The position numbers were made by a program, and so were the translations under genes. From Eledone cirrhosa (taxonomy: Eukaryota), in contig OZ024741.1 of assembly GCA_964016885.1 (NCBI GenBank), positions 37,200,001 to 37,264,000 on the forward strand: DNA of 64,000 bases. The letters run 5' to 3'. Shown here in pieces: positions 1-13,846 of the stretch. The notes under the pieces were generated by a model that was not told the DNA's origin, ran no database searches, and saw only the letters and a program-made list of their open reading frames with translations. Position 1 is the first letter of the stretch; the number at the start of each line of letters is the position of its first letter.

Positions 1-2372
1 TATATTGTACCATAACGCCACCTGTAGTAAGCAATAAATTCCCCTTTCAATTCACGGAAACTGACTGCTATTCGAATTCTAGGAAAATTGTGTTACTACT
101 GCTATCGTACTAACTGACCTTACCGAGAAACTGGCCAATCATGAGCGAGTTCAGATATCGGTCGATAACGTCATAACTCTTAACTGATCACTTCAGTTCG
201 GCAAACTAGCGTGTCCTCTCAGTGAGAGAATTTTTACCGAACTGAAGTGATCAGTTAAGAGTTATGACGTCATTCAAAGTAAGAGACAACCTGACAGCAT
301 GTTTTTGGAGCATAATTATCACGGCATATCTTATAATATCTCATGGTCCCAAAACGTCCTGTGAATATTGCTGATGCAGATCGAAAGGCCACACGCATGA
401 GGAAGAGCCTGACTTTGGAGATAAAGCTGGACATTTTGAAAAGGAAGGAACAGGGGCAAGGCATGTCCGCCATAAGTCGTAACTTAGGCCTAGCCTAGTC
501 TACAGTCTGGACTGTTTTAAAAAATAGTGAGGCTGTTAAAAAAGCTGGGGAGAATGCTACGAGTCTACAGAGTAAATTGTTGACCAAACATCGTGAGCCA
601 ATTATGGATAGGGTGGAAAGGTTGCTCAAAATTTGGACCGACAACCAAAATCGTCAAAATATGCCTCTGTCTTTAAATGTAATCAGTGAGAAAGCATTGT
701 CCATTATTGACAGGCTCAAGACTGAAATGAGGGTAGAGGATTTTGTATTCAAGGCAAGCAAAGGATGGTTTGATAAGTTCAAATGACGTTCGAGTCTTCA
801 CAACATAAAAGTTACAGGTGAGGCTGCCAGTTCCAACAAAGAGAGTGCTGAAAAATTCAAGGCAGAGTTAGAGAAATGCATTGCAGAGAAGGGGTACAGC
901 AAAAAACAGGTTATTAATTATGATGAAACAGGACTTTATTGGAAAAAGATGACCAGTAATACTTATATTGACAAGGAGGAGAAAAGTGCGAAGGGGTTCA
1001 AAGCCTCAAAGGACCGCGTTACTCTGTTACTTGGAGGGAATGCAGAAGGAGATTTAAAGCTAAAGCCACTCATTATCTACCATTCTGAAACTCCAAGAAC
1101 ACTCAAGGGGTTACTTAAGCAATACCTACCAGTGATATGGAAGTCTAATAAGAAGGCATGGCTGATCACTTCAATTCACCAGGATTTTTTCACCTCATAT
1201 GTCACCAACCCTTAAGGAATATGCATTAGCTAACAACATTGCCAACCATTTTCTGCTATTAATGGACAACGCCCCCAGCCACCCACGGGCAATAGAAGAC
1301 TGGTCAGAAAATATTGAGGTTTTGTTTCTCCCCCCAAACACCACAGCTCTCATTCAGCCGATGGATCAAACAGTCATCAAAACATTTAAGGCATACTACC
1401 AGCGGAGAACCATGCAGCAGCTGATAAAGGGCACAGATGGGCCTGACAAGCCCACGATCAGGGAATGGTGGAAATTGTACAACATCAAGCACGGCTTAGA
1501 CAACATCAAGGCATCTTGGGAAGAAGTGAAGCAGTCTACCATGAACTTGGCCTGGAAGTAATTATGACCCGCATGTGTGAATAACTTCCAAGGCTTTGCT
1601 GAGGACATTGGTGCGATAAAAAGAGATATTGTAAATCTCTGCCATAGAGCTGGCTTCGATGGTGTTAATGATGATAATGTGCAAGACCTTTTGGAAAGCC
1701 ACGCTGAACCACTTTCCAATGATGAACTCATAGAACTAGACATGGCGATACAGGAGACAGAAAAAGAAGGAGAGGAGGAAGAAGAACCTGTGCGTAGCTT
1801 GGACATAAAAACTCTAAGAGAATGTCTCGGGAGTATCGAAACAATCTTAGAAACCCTGAAGGAGCATGACCCCAACCCTGCTAGGAGCAGCAAAGTGGCT
1901 CAAGACGTCGAGAAAAGCATCAAGATTTACCAAGATATGTATGAAGCCAAAAGAAACACAGCCAAACAGTCCTCCATCTACTCTTTCTTCGAGCCAGTCA
2001 CACCTGCCAACCGTGCTACAGCTGGCCCTTCAACATCCACTGCAGTCAACGAGTTTGTTGGTTTTGAGCCTCCCACATCACCCTCATCCTCCCCTGCCAA
2101 CTCAGCCCAAGATGAGTAAGGGCTGAAACCTATACTGACCCTTAGCCTCGGGAGGGACAAATGAAGAGGCACATCACCTGATGGACTATGCGGCATGTGT
2201 AAGGTAAGTAAATAAAAAAAAAACATTTCTTTTCTGTAGGGATGACTTTTTCGATGTACTGGAATGCATCCCTCCCTATCTATTTCATGTTATAATGGGT
2301 TCTTTATACGGTAATTCGATACACGGTAAGGGTTTCAGGAACGCATATATACCGTATATCGAGGACTCACTG
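1..2372 (+). mobile_element. Tigger/pogo DNA transposon, decayed; left end lies outside the window
   Basis: Contains the transposase pseudogene. The right end finishes ...GAGGACTCACTG followed by TA, typical of Tc1/mariner-pogo. Confidence 0.9.
343..2119 (+). pseudogene. Tigger/pogo transposase pseudogene (HTH-psq, CENP-B HTH, DDE)
   Basis: Motifs RKSLTLEIKLDIL, FKASKGWFDKFK, NYDETGLYWK, KDRVTLLLGGNA, LLMDNAPSHP and FLPPNTTALIQPMDQ. Stops at 496, 784 and ~1559; frameshift near 1210. Confidence 0.92.
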
Positions 2373-2531
2373 TATATATATATATATATATATAAGTTTA
2401 TCCCGGGTAACCACTGTAAGTACTCAATACATAGCAAAGTATAAATATTTAATATTGAAATGGCTTCTACAGGACTAGAACTGTTTCATTCAGGAGAAAT
2501 CATCAGGGCATCCACTGTATATATATATATA

Positions 2532-2716
2532 CAGTGAGTCCTCGATATATGGTATATATGCGTTCCTGAAACCCTTACCGTATATCGAATTACTGTATAA
2601 AGAACCCATTATAATATGAAATAGATAGGGATGCGTTCCAGCACATCGAAAAAGTCATCCCTACAGAAAAGAAATAATGTTTTTTTTTTATTTACTTACC
2701 TTACACATGCCGCATA
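2532..2716 (-). mobile_element. Inverted copy of the terminal ~185 bp of the Tigger right end
   Basis: Near-identical reverse complement of ~2187-2372, bounded by (TA)n. Confidence 0.85.
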
Positions 2717-2739
2717 TATATATATATATATATATGTAT

Positions 2740-2822
2740 AAGATGTCCCCTAAAAATGTATACACACTTCTTCAACAGCATTCTAATAAAAATGTATATA
2801 CATTTTGGGGGGACACCCTATA
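2740..2822. mobile_element. Small TcMar-type MITE; related copy at ~39432-39550
   Basis: Imperfect TIRs (GATGTCCCCTAAAAATGTATACACA / TGTATATACATTTTGGGGGGACACC) in TA context. Confidence 0.55.
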
Positions 2823-3217
2823 TGTACATATATGTGTGTGTGTATAAATTTATGCCTGTATATATACAGTACAGAGGTTACTGAGACTAAATATTTTAGT
2901 TTATAAACATGAAAACATGTAGAATATATATTTCTCTGTAAATTGAAGAAAATGATAAACAACTTTGATCAATATATAGACCTAGTTGGGTTCCTCATTA
3001 GAAGGTATATATATCATCCAAACAATCACAAGGAAATACGTCACTGACGGGCTTATAAACCCTATTGTTTATAGTACTATCCTGAAATGGGTATACTAAT
3101 TCGCATATGAGTAGTTAAGACATGTATTATATTGTGCTTTAAACAGTAAAATTGGCCTCACACTTTTCCTTTAGCCTGCTGATAGCCATGAGGAAGAACC
3201 AATAAATGAGGCAAAAT

Positions 3218-3347
3218 CTCCTCCTCCTCCTCCTCCTCTTCCTCCTCTTCCTCCTCCTCCTCCTCCTCCTCCTCCTCCTCCCCCTCCTCCCCCTCCTCCT
3301 CCCCCTCCTCCTCCTCCTCCTCTTCCTCTTCTTCCTCCTCCTCCTCC
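3218..3347. repeat. (CCT)n microsatellite
   Basis: Seen directly; explains the poly-E ORF. Confidence 0.95.
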
Positions 3348-3499
3348 AGCAATTCTTTATTTAGGCATTCAACCACATATCCGTAATATCAGAGCTGTGA
3401 TCTCTCAATTTGGAGAAGTAACAGCTCTACTTGGAGTCACTCCCTGATCGCCAAGCTATGTACTTTATTGAGTAACATTACTCCAAAGACCCTTCAGTG

Positions 3500-4285
3500 G
3501 AACCCTGTTTCAGCCGCTTGTATTTACAATCGCATTTTTTTTAGTTATTTCCCAAGATTTATGACCATAGGTAAGGCTAGGTAGGAACACTGAATTGAAG
3601 ATAGTGAATACCTCACTTTTTCTGATGACTGCATGCTGAAGTAGGCTCATTATTGCAAAAGGGTGGTGGATTGGCAGTATTGGTAGAGGGTCAGACGCCA
3701 TGCTTTGCAACATAGAGGTACGGCCCTTTATGATATGAGTTCAAATGCCGCCAAGATTAACTTTTTCCTTTCATCCTTACGGGGTCGATAAAATAAAGTA
3801 CCAGTCATGCACTGGGTCGATTTAATCGACTTTCCCCTCCCCAAACATTGCTGGCCTTCTGCCTATACTAGAAATCATTATTGTATAAGCTTCAGCATTT
3901 TTTACATTTAATTCAGCCTGCTGCCTTCCACCACTCATGAAAACGGCCTTGAGATACTTGAATTTCTCCACCTGCTTCAATGTAACTCCACTCACATGTA
4001 GAATACACTGCACATGCTTTCTCAAAAGGACGAATATCTAAGCCTTCATGGCACTGATTTTCATTGCTGCCGTGCAGCACTTGGCAGCAAGCCAAAGTAG
4101 TTCATGTTGTAGATCACCTTCTGATGAGTTAAGTAGCACCATGTCATCTGCAAATATCAGCCAATTTTCTGGTGACGGGAGATGGGATTTGAAACAGGTA
4201 CCACAAAGAATCCTATCTGTCTGTTTAATAATTCCACCAACCCACCTTTATTTATCGATTTCAAAAGGACGAAAGGCATAGTTGA
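3500..4285 (-). mobile_element. Old LINE (RTE-like) RT fragment interrupted by a SINE
   Basis: Minus-strand remnants VTLKQVEKFKYL and SVFLPSLTYGHKSW, plus a degenerate xADD motif near 4140-4155. Confidence 0.6.
3662..3880 (+). mobile_element. SINE family 1; other copies at ~4520-4665(-), 5860-6048(-), 14010-14180(+), 33270-33410(+), 62470-62660(+)
   Basis: Shared GGCAGTATCGGTAGAGGGTC head, B-box-like GAGTTCAAATCCCG and core CTTTGCCTTTCATCCTTACGGGGTCGATAAAATAAAGTACCAGT. Confidence 0.8.
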
Positions 4286-5430
4286 TTTTGACAGGATTTG
4301 AATATCAGAACAGAGAGAACCAGAACAAATGTATGTTTGCATGAACTTTTAACTTCTAATGGAGTGCCATAGGGACCATACAGTATGTCTTGAGTACTTT
4401 AAACCTAGCAGAGACCATCCCCTCTCTAGATTTGAACACAGTTGATTTCTTCCAAAAAGGCGGGGAGAGGACAATGAGAAAGAAGTGAGAAAGAGATATA
4501 GAGAAAGAATGGAGTCCAGTACTGGACTGGTACTATTTTTTATCAACCTCAGAAGAATGAAAGGCAAAGTTGACTTCAGTGGATTTTGAACTCTGAGCGC
4601 AGAGAGCCAAAATGAACATTGTAAAGCTTCTATCTGATGCTCTAATGATTCTGCCAATTAGCCACCTCTGGAATAAATACCAAGGCAATGTGATTCTCTA
4701 ATGACTCTGCAAATTCACCAAAACATTTTAACTAACAGTGATATGTATGAAAACCCAGTCTAGATTTCATTCACACCATGTCGTGTCAGCCAAAATATGT
4801 CAGTCAACAAAGTCACCATTTTTAGTTACACAATAACTGTGTTAGTGAACTGGAAATATAACAGAAATTCTCCTCCAATTGCTGCTAACATATCTCATGA
4901 ATCAGAACAGAAAAAAATAATAATGATAATAATCTGTTCACCATTACACCAACTGACCCACTAACCAACTTTGGTTCTTTGTGAAAAGTGATCTTTGTTA
5001 ACTCTTTGGCTTGTGATATATTCCTATATTTCTGCTTTGTTAAGTGTCAGTATCTTAATTCTTTTATTACCATATTTCTAATGAAAGACTGTCTATGATT
5101 TTCAAATAATTTTAAAAGTAACCAAGAATTTGGAAAGATTTAGTAATATAACTAACTTTCTCATCATTAAGCTGGTGTTTGGAATATAACTTAACAGAGG
5201 TTCTTATACGAAATTATGTTGAAATTTTAGGGTTACTGTTAGGGTAGTTTCAGTTTGATATCAAAAGGGTTCGCATGTAACTAAATCTCACCCCCTATTC
5301 ATATATATATATATATTATATATATGTGTGTGTGTATATATATATGTATCAATACTAATGTTTTTCCTATCTATATTTCACTTCCTACCTCGAGATTTCC
5401 CTTTGCATTGTTGTGGCTTTCTTAAATACG

Positions 5431-5473
<43 letters not shown>

Positions 5474-5480
<7 letters not shown>

Positions 5481-5640
5481 AGAGTTGGGGCCCTATGGCT
5501 GAGCTCTTGCTGTTTCAACAGCTAGTTCTAGACAGGAACAAGCTGTTGAAATGGCAAGAGCTCAGCCGTAGGGCCCCAAATCTTTATAATATAACCATAC
5601 TCTGCTACCTAAAGTATTGAGTACTCTGTACTGGTCTAAC
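5474..5640 (+). repeat. Long hairpin (~50 bp arms), probably a Penelope pLTR fragment with an inverted 5' junction
   Basis: TATTATAAAGAGTTGGGGCCCTATGGCTGAGCTCTTGCTGTTTCAACAGCT is matched by its near reverse complement. The right arm reads as a hammerhead 3' half: GAAA-TGGC..GCCG-TA. Confidence 0.6.
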
Positions 5641-6872
5641 TAGTGGTTTAATAATGTTGAATAATGGTCTAACTAATGGTTCTAGACTGGTTCTATCCTG
5701 ATTTATATATATGTATGTATTTGTGTGTGTGTGTTTGTTTGTGTGTGCATTTGTTTGTTTGCGTGTGTGTGTGTGTGTGTATATTTATGCATGTGTGTTT
5801 GTTTGTGTGTGTGTGTGTGGTTCTTTGTTTGTGTGTGTGTGTGTGTGTGTGTGTTTATTTAATAATTGTTTCTACTTTTGGCACAAGGCCAGCAATTATC
5901 CCAGTACATTACTGGTACTTTATTTTATCGACCCCGTAAGGATGAAAGGCAAAGTTAACCTCGGCGGGATTTGAACTCAGAATGGCAAGGGCCGTAACTC
6001 TATGCGTCAAAGCATGGTGTCCGACCCTCTACCGATACTGCCAATTAATAACTGTAGATGGTACTAATACATGCACTTGTTGCTACTACTTGGAGTGATT
6101 CCAATAGGAAGTATACTCTTCACGTGGCATCAGCATGTTTGTAGTCAGCAAAGTGTTTACATTATACATGAAAGAATGAAGTTTCACTTTAAAATATATT
6201 TATTCAGTGTCAAACGTAACACATGTTTTGCAGATGATCGACTCTAGGTCTTAATCAATATGATAGACTCAACTACAGTATTGATCTGGTCGTTTGATGT
6301 GTAGATTTGAATCAAAATTTTGTTATTTATATATATTTGATATTTATATATCCTGCAAGTGTGCAGGTGAAACTCTGAGTAACAAAGCTCACTGCTTATC
6401 CATAATAAGTGTGTATATATATGGGATAACAAGTTTTCGTTTTAGGCAATGCAGTTAGAGGTTGTGAGTGCTCTGTACTATGGATAGTCTTAACATACGG
6501 TGTTGTTTGACTCAACAAGAGGTTTCCTTAGTTGGGTAGCAAGTTTGCGAGAATTCTCATGCAGGTTATTCTTGGAGTAATAATAGTGAAAGAGTGACGA
6601 ATAACATGGTCGGCTGTACAAAAAGGTTTTATTTACAGTATTAACAATTGTTTCATTGATCAGGTGAGTCTAAAGGCCGCTGATCACTCGAAATTGCGTC
6701 ACTCGATCTTAAATACAGAAAAATGTTGCTGTATAGGAAAGTAGAGGAAAGGACTATAAATGTCAATAAATGAAAGAAAAAGTAGGGAAAAAGCAAGGAC
6801 TGTTAGGTCATGGAAGAAAGGGAGGAGAAAGGGGAGAGGATGATGGGCTCTATGTCTAAGCGAGGCAGTGTT

Positions 6873-7067
6873 TCAGCTGCACCACATGGACAATACTGCA
6901 GAGGCATTTCTGCAGACAATGGCCAGTAACACCCGCTGAAACAGCCACCACACCACGCGGGGCTCCTTCCTCAGATTGGCTGCTGACATTCCAATATTAC
7001 AGAGAAGTCTGCCAGTACAGGGTCCGAGGACACCTGAGGTCTCAACAGTGACAGGTATTCCGAAAAG
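6873..7067 (-). mobile_element. CRE-like (RLE-encoding) non-LTR retrotransposon C-terminal remnant
   Basis: Manual translation: LFGIPVTVETSGVLGPCTGRLLCNIGMSAANLRKEPRVVWWLFQRVLLAIVCRNASAVLSMWCS*. This fits the P..vETxG..G ... EPR...wLfQRlslAi.rgNA pattern. Confidence 0.7.
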
Positions 7068-7865
7068 TATTTAGGAATCAAACTTCAAGTAAATAAATCT
7101 CATGGGTTATATAAATGCAGACATACAGCGAACATGAAAAATGCTGGCATTTTAGTCTTCTAACACATGTTTTTACAAATATAAGCAGAAAAATATTTTT
7201 AAAAAAAGAAAATATTGAAGAACTCTGTAGAATGTGGGAACATATGTAAGCAAGATGTCACTCCCTCCCCCAGCCTGTCTAAAAGGTTAGTAGCTCCATT
7301 TAAGTACTGGCATGGCCTGTGATGACACATCCAACACTTGTTAGCAGGGAAAATAAACATTATATGATGATGATGATGATGATGAAGGCGTATGGCTCAG
7401 TTATTAGAGCAAAGGGCTTACAATCAGGAGGCTGTGAGTTTCATTCGCTGACCAGATGATGCATTGTGTCCTTAAACAAGACACTTTATTTCACATTGCT
7501 CCAGTTTATTCAGCTGTAGAAATGAGTTGTGACATCACTGATGCCAAGCAGTGGCAGTAGTAGTAGTAGTAGTAGTATCAGCAGCAGCGGAAGTAGCAAC
7601 ACCAGCAGCTGCTGCAGCAGCAGCAGTAGTAGTAGTAGTAGTAGTAATTCTTTAGTCATGGTGTCGGTGGTGGTGGTGATGCCAACAGTGGGTGGGGTAA
7701 AGTAGGGGGGGGGGGTAAGTTTTGCAGACATGGAAGAAATAAACCATGTTGTTGAAAAATATAATCAACAACAACAAAACTTAACACTAGACACCTGTTG
7801 GTGGATACCACCTAAGGAATTATATTATATCATGGTTTTCTCATCAAAGACGTTGTTGTTGTCGA

Positions 7866-7905
<40 letters not shown>

Positions 7906-7994
7906 GGTGGTGGTGGTGTTGTTGTTGTTGCGAGAAAAATAACATTTAGGAATAGAAAAGAAAATGTGAGAAAATAATTAAATGAAAATTAAAT

Positions 7995-8168
7995 CAACAA
8001 CAGTAACAACAACAACAGTAACAACAACAACAGTAACAGCAACAACAACATCAGTGACAACAACAGTAACAACAACAACAACAATATAACAACAATAACG
8101 ATAACAGTAGCATCAATAACAGCAACAACAACAACAACAATAACGATAACAGTAACATCGATAACAGC

Positions 8169-8201
<33 letters not shown>

Positions 8202-9327
8202 ATAACAACAATAACGATAACAGTAGCATCAATAACAGCAACAACAACAACAACAATAACGATAACAGTAACATCGATAACAGCAACAACAACAACAACA
8301 ACAATAATGATAACAGTAACAACAACAACAGCAACAACAATAACGATAACAGTAACAACAACAGCAACAACAACAACAATAATGATAACAGTAACAACAA
8401 CAACAACAGCAACAACAACAACAATAATGATAACAGTAACAACAACAACAACAGCAACAACAACAACAATAACGATAACAACAACAACAACGATAACAGT
8501 AACAACAACAACAGCAACAACAACAACAACAACAACAACAATAACGATAACAGTAACAACAACAACAATAACGATAACAGCAACAACAACAACAGCAACA
8601 ACAACAATAACAGTAACAACAACAACAACAGCAACAACAATAACGATAACCGTAACAACAACAACAACAACAACAATAACGATAACAGTAACAACAACAA
8701 CAACAACAACAATAACGATAACAGTAACATCAATAACAGCAACAACAACAATAACAGCAACAACAACAACAATAACAGCAACAACAACAACAACAATAAC
8801 GATAACATTAACAACAACAACAACAACAATAACGATAACAGTAACATCAATAACAGCAGCAACAACAACAACAACAACAATAACGATAACAGTAACAACA
8901 ACAACAACAGCAACAACAACAACAACAATAGCAGCAACAACAACAACAACAATAACGACAGCAGTAACAACAATAACAATAACGATAACAGTAACAATAA
9001 CAGCAACAACAACAACAATAACAATAACGATAACAGTAACATCAACAACAACAACAGCAACAACAAAAGCAACAACAATAACGATAACAGTAACAACAAC
9101 AACAGCAACAACAACAATAACGATAACAGTAACATCAACAACAACAGATACAGCAGCCACAACAACAACAATAACGATAACATTAACAACAACAACAACA
9201 ACAACAATAACGATAACAGTAACATCAATAACAGTAACATCAATAACAGCAGCAACAACAACAACAACAACAATAACAGCAACAACAACAACAACAATAA
9301 CGATAACAGTAACAACAACAACAACAG

Positions 9328-9358
<31 letters not shown>

Positions 9359-9965
9359 AGCAGCAACAACAACAACAACAACAATAACGACAGCAGTAAC
9401 ATCAACAACAATAACGATAACAGTAACAATAACAGCAACAACAACAACAATAGCAATAACGATAACAGTAACAATAACAGCAACAACAACAACAATAACA
9501 ATAACGATAACAGTAACATCAACAACAACAACAGCAACAACAAAAGCAACAACAATAACGATAACAGTAACAACAACAACAGCAACAACAACAATAACGA
9601 TAACAGTAACATCAACAACAACAGATACAGCAGCCACAACAACAACAATACAACAACAACAATAACAGATACAGCAGCAACAACATCAATAACAACAACA
9701 GCAATAGATATAGCAGCAACAACAACAATACAACAACAACAATACAACAACAACAATACAACAACAACAACAATAACATCAATAACAAAAACAACAATGA
9801 CAACAGCAGCATCAACAACATCGACAATAACAAACAACAACAGCAATAACAACAACGACAACAATAACAACAAGCTACATAAAAAAACAACACCAATAAC
9901 AACAACAATAGTAATAATGATGACATCATTAACAACAGCAACAACAACGACAGCAACAACAACAA
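7995..9965. repeat. Degenerate (AAC)n expansion with AAT/GAT/AGT/AGC variants and higher-order duplication
   Basis: Seen directly. The block AAAAGCAAC...GATACAGCAGCCAC recurs at ~9065 and ~9542. Confidence 0.95.
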
Positions 9966-10236
9966 TCCTATCACCAAAACCTTATTTTCCATCTCAGTAT
10001 CATTCTGAGAATACATTTTAATTTCTTTAAAACAATTCATTTTCATGTGTGTCTGTATTTATGTATGTGTGTATGTATATATGCATATATACATACACAC
10101 ATATATATATATATATATATATACATACATACATATACATACATATATATGCATATATATATACATATACATATACATATACATATATATATATACATAC
10201 ATATATATACATATACATATACATATATATATATAT

Positions 10237-12186
10237 AGTTGCTGAAATACTGAAAGCACCTGGATCGGTGGGACACACTATGGTCTCCCAGATAGTAAAC
10301 CAAGTCATACAGAATGGGGTTATACCAAATGACTGGCGTAGCAGCATCATCATTAATTACTACAAGGGTAAAGGAGATGCCTTAGATAGGGGTAACTATA
10401 GAGGCATTAAATTAATTGACCAGGTCATGAAGGTCACAGAAAAAGTTATAGCGCAACTAATCAGAGAGCGAATTGATCTAGATGAAATGCAGTTTGGGTT
10501 TGTGTCAGGTAAAAGTACCACAGACGCTCTTTTCCTTGTACAACAACTTCAGGAGAAGTACCTAGCTAAAAGTAAACCCCTATACTTAACTTTTGTCGAC
10601 TTGGAGAAAGCCTTTGATAGAGTCCCCCGCTCGATTATCTGGTGGGCTCTTAGAAAACTAGGTATTGATGAATGGCTCGTGAGAGCTATACAAGCCATGT
10701 ATAAAGAAACAGTCAGCAAGGTTAGAATTAACAATGAATATAGTGAAGAGTTCAGCGTAAAAGTCCGTGTTCATCAGGGCTCTGTCCTTAGCCCATCCTA
10801 TTTATTATTGCCCTTCAGGCTATAAAAGAGGAGTTCAAGACCGGCTGCCCATGGGAAGTTCTATATGCAGATGATCTAACGCTCATAGCCGAATCATTGG
10901 CTGAACTAGAGAAGAAATTCCAAACATGGAAGCATGGCCTAGAACCAAAAGGCCTTAAAATTAACTTGTCTAAGACTAAAGTTCTAGTATGTAGGAAGGA
11001 AAATAGGGCACTGGTCCCCTCTGGGAAATGGCCATGCTCAGTGTGTAGGAAAGGAGTAGGCAGAAACTCCATTTTATGTCCCAAATGCAAAGTATGGGTG
11101 CATAAAAAATGTAGTGGGATCACAGGTAAACTAACCAAGAACAGATTTTATATGTGGCCGGTGTTCAGGTGCAATAAGTAGTAGCAAGTGCTCACAGGAT
11201 ACTAGCTCGTTCCATTGCCCAGATGGTTTTATAGAAATAGTAGACACCTTCCGCTACGAGCAGTGGTGGTGGGTGCTCTGAAAGTACAGTAGCTAGAGTC
11301 AGAACAGGATGGAAAAAGTTCAGAGAGCTTATACCACTATTGGCCGCTAAAGGTTTCTCCCTAAAAATGAAAGGCAGACTGTATGATGCCTGCATACGAA
11401 CAGCAATGTTACATGGCAGTAAGACCTGGGCATTGTGTGCAGAGGATCTGCGCAGACTGGAGAGGAACGAAGCTTGCATGCTCCGTTGGATGTGTAATAG
11501 TAATATACGTGAACGGCAAAGCATAAATGAACTAAGTGAGAAATTAGGAATAAGAGGGATCAGATGCTGTTTACTCGAGAGAAGACTACGTTGGTACGGT
11601 CACGTGATGCGCATGAAAGACGATAGCTGTATAAAAAAATGCAGGGCGATTAAAATAGACGGAAGCTACGGAGTAGGCAGACCCAGAAAAACCTGGGACG
11701 ACTTGATAAATTCTGACCTTACACACTTACACCTCTCCAAGACAATGTCACTGGACCGAGATCTTTGGCGCTACGCAGTAATACAGAATACCCGCCTTGC
11801 CTAAGTACAAAGCAAAACCTACAGTCAGTAGGCACCTCCTAACCAAAAATACACCCCCACTCCACACTACTCTTTCCCGCACCCCCATCTACACCTAAAG
11901 TTATGTCAGTGCCACAATATCCAGTCCAAACTAAACAAATGAGGTCGTGTAGGTGTCACGACAAAAAAACACACAGTCCACGCTGTAATGTGGCCGTGTA
12001 GGTAACACGGTAAAAACCTCCCAGTACTCACTGTAAACGTGGTTGGTGTTAGGAAGGGCATCCAGCCGTAGAAATTCCGCCAGACAGTCCTATACGAGCA
12101 AGACAACCAATCTTGCGTCACGTGGGACAACTCCCGTGTAACCCATGCTAGCGTGGAAGATAGACGTTAAATGACGACGATGATGA
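10237..12186 (+). mobile_element. 5'-truncated RTE-clade LINE (RT with PHD-like finger, 3'UTR, (GAT)n tail)
   Basis: [37 protein letters not shown] and RRLRWYGHVMR motifs; several frameshifts. Confidence 0.93.
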
Positions 12187-12220
12187 TATATATATATATG
12201 AATATATATATATATATATA

Positions 12221-12785
12221 TCATCATCATCATCACCGTTTTACGGCCGTTCTTCCACACTAGCATGGGTTAGACAGGTTGTCCCGTTGTGGGCAGTGTC
12301 TGGTCGGCTGACCTTGTCTTGCTCATACAGGAACTGATTCTGGCTTGATTTCTACAGCTGGATGCCCTTCCTAACACCAACCTCATTTACAGTGAGTACT
12401 GGGTGCTTTTTTTCCGTGGTGCCTACACGTCCACTTTACAGTGTGGGCTGGGTGCTTTTTTGCCGTGGCACCTCCACGACCACTTTGCAGTGGGAGGGGG
12501 TGGTGGCATATTGCCTATATTGCTTCAGCTTCGGCTTGTACCCGTGGGGGGCTCGGGTCTTCTGTATTACTGCGTGACGCCAGAGGTCACGGTTGTGTGT
12601 CATCGCCTTTGAGAGGTGTAATTGGTTAAGATCAGCTTTTATCACCTCATCCCAGGTCTTCTTGAGTCTCCCCACTCCACGGTTTCCATCGACTTCTAGT
12701 GCTCTGCACCTTTTTATGCAGCTGTCATCCTTCATACGCATCACATGTCCATACCAACGCAACCGCCTCTCCTGCACACAGCATT

Positions 12786-12788
<3 letters not shown>
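12221..12788 (-). mobile_element. RTE LINE 3' fragment, tail-to-tail with the previous copy
   Basis: QERRLRWYGHVMRMKDDSCIKRC; 3'UTR motif GGAAGGGCATCCAGC; (GAT)n tail. Confidence 0.9.
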
Positions 12789-12849
<61 letters not shown>

Positions 12850-13120
12850 GTATATATATATATATATTTTTTTTTTTCCTCTCTCTATATATATTTCTCT
12901 CTGTTTCTTTACATGTAGTTCTTCTCTTTATCTACCTTTCTATATATCTCTCTATTTAGTCACATGCATTTCTTCTTTTTCTTCGTTTCTCTTTCTTTCT
13001 TTCTTTCTCTCTTTCTTTTTACAACTGTCCACAATATTTTTTACTGCCAAATCAACCTCCCAAATGCAAGGTGATTGAAAGGTATGTCGCATCTATTTAT
13101 TTATAAGACTGTTTATATTG

Positions 13121-13186
13121 TATTTTGTCTGAAGAAGGCATAACATATTGTTAATATGATATCCCTGAAATATATATAACGAAATA
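13121..13186 (+). ncRNA. Minimal type I hammerhead ribozyme motif in a solo Penelope pLTR
   Basis: Stem I TATTTTGT/ACGAAATA, core CTGAAGA, stem II, GAAA, palindromic TATATA stem III, UA cleavage site. Confidence 0.72.
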
Positions 13187-13314
13187 AATATGGTTTTATA
13201 AATATAGTTTCCATTTATTTAATATCATAAATATACTCCAAATACTTGTTGAGTGCTTTTATATCAGTTATAAATATTTACTCGTTGTTAACCCAACAAT
13301 TTAAATATAACTTT

Positions 13315-13467
<153 letters not shown>

Positions 13468-13846
13468 TATATACATATATATATACATATACTCACACAC
13501 ATATAAACATATATATTGACACCTAGAAATACGCAAAAATTAAAAAACAAAAATACCTGTAACGTTGTTAATTAAATTCCAAGATTTTCAAATTAAAAGA
13601 AATTCTATTTATTTATTTATACAGCTATTCTTATTTATTTATCATCATTTATTACAATTATTGTTATTTTATTTTTATTATTGTTGTTGTTATTGTTATT
13701 ATTGTTGTTGTTATTATTAATGTTGTTGTTATTGTTATTATTGTTGTTATTATTGTTATTGTTGTTGTTATTATTGTTGTTGTTATTACCATTATTGTTG
13801 TTGTTGTTATCATTAATATTATTATCATCATTATTATTATTATTAT

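Noticed and set aside
8051-9873. 450-590 aa poly-T/V/L ORFs resembling a mucin or membrane protein
   Set aside because: Several frames on both strands are open simply because AAC-type repeats lack stops; there is no signal peptide or flanking exon.
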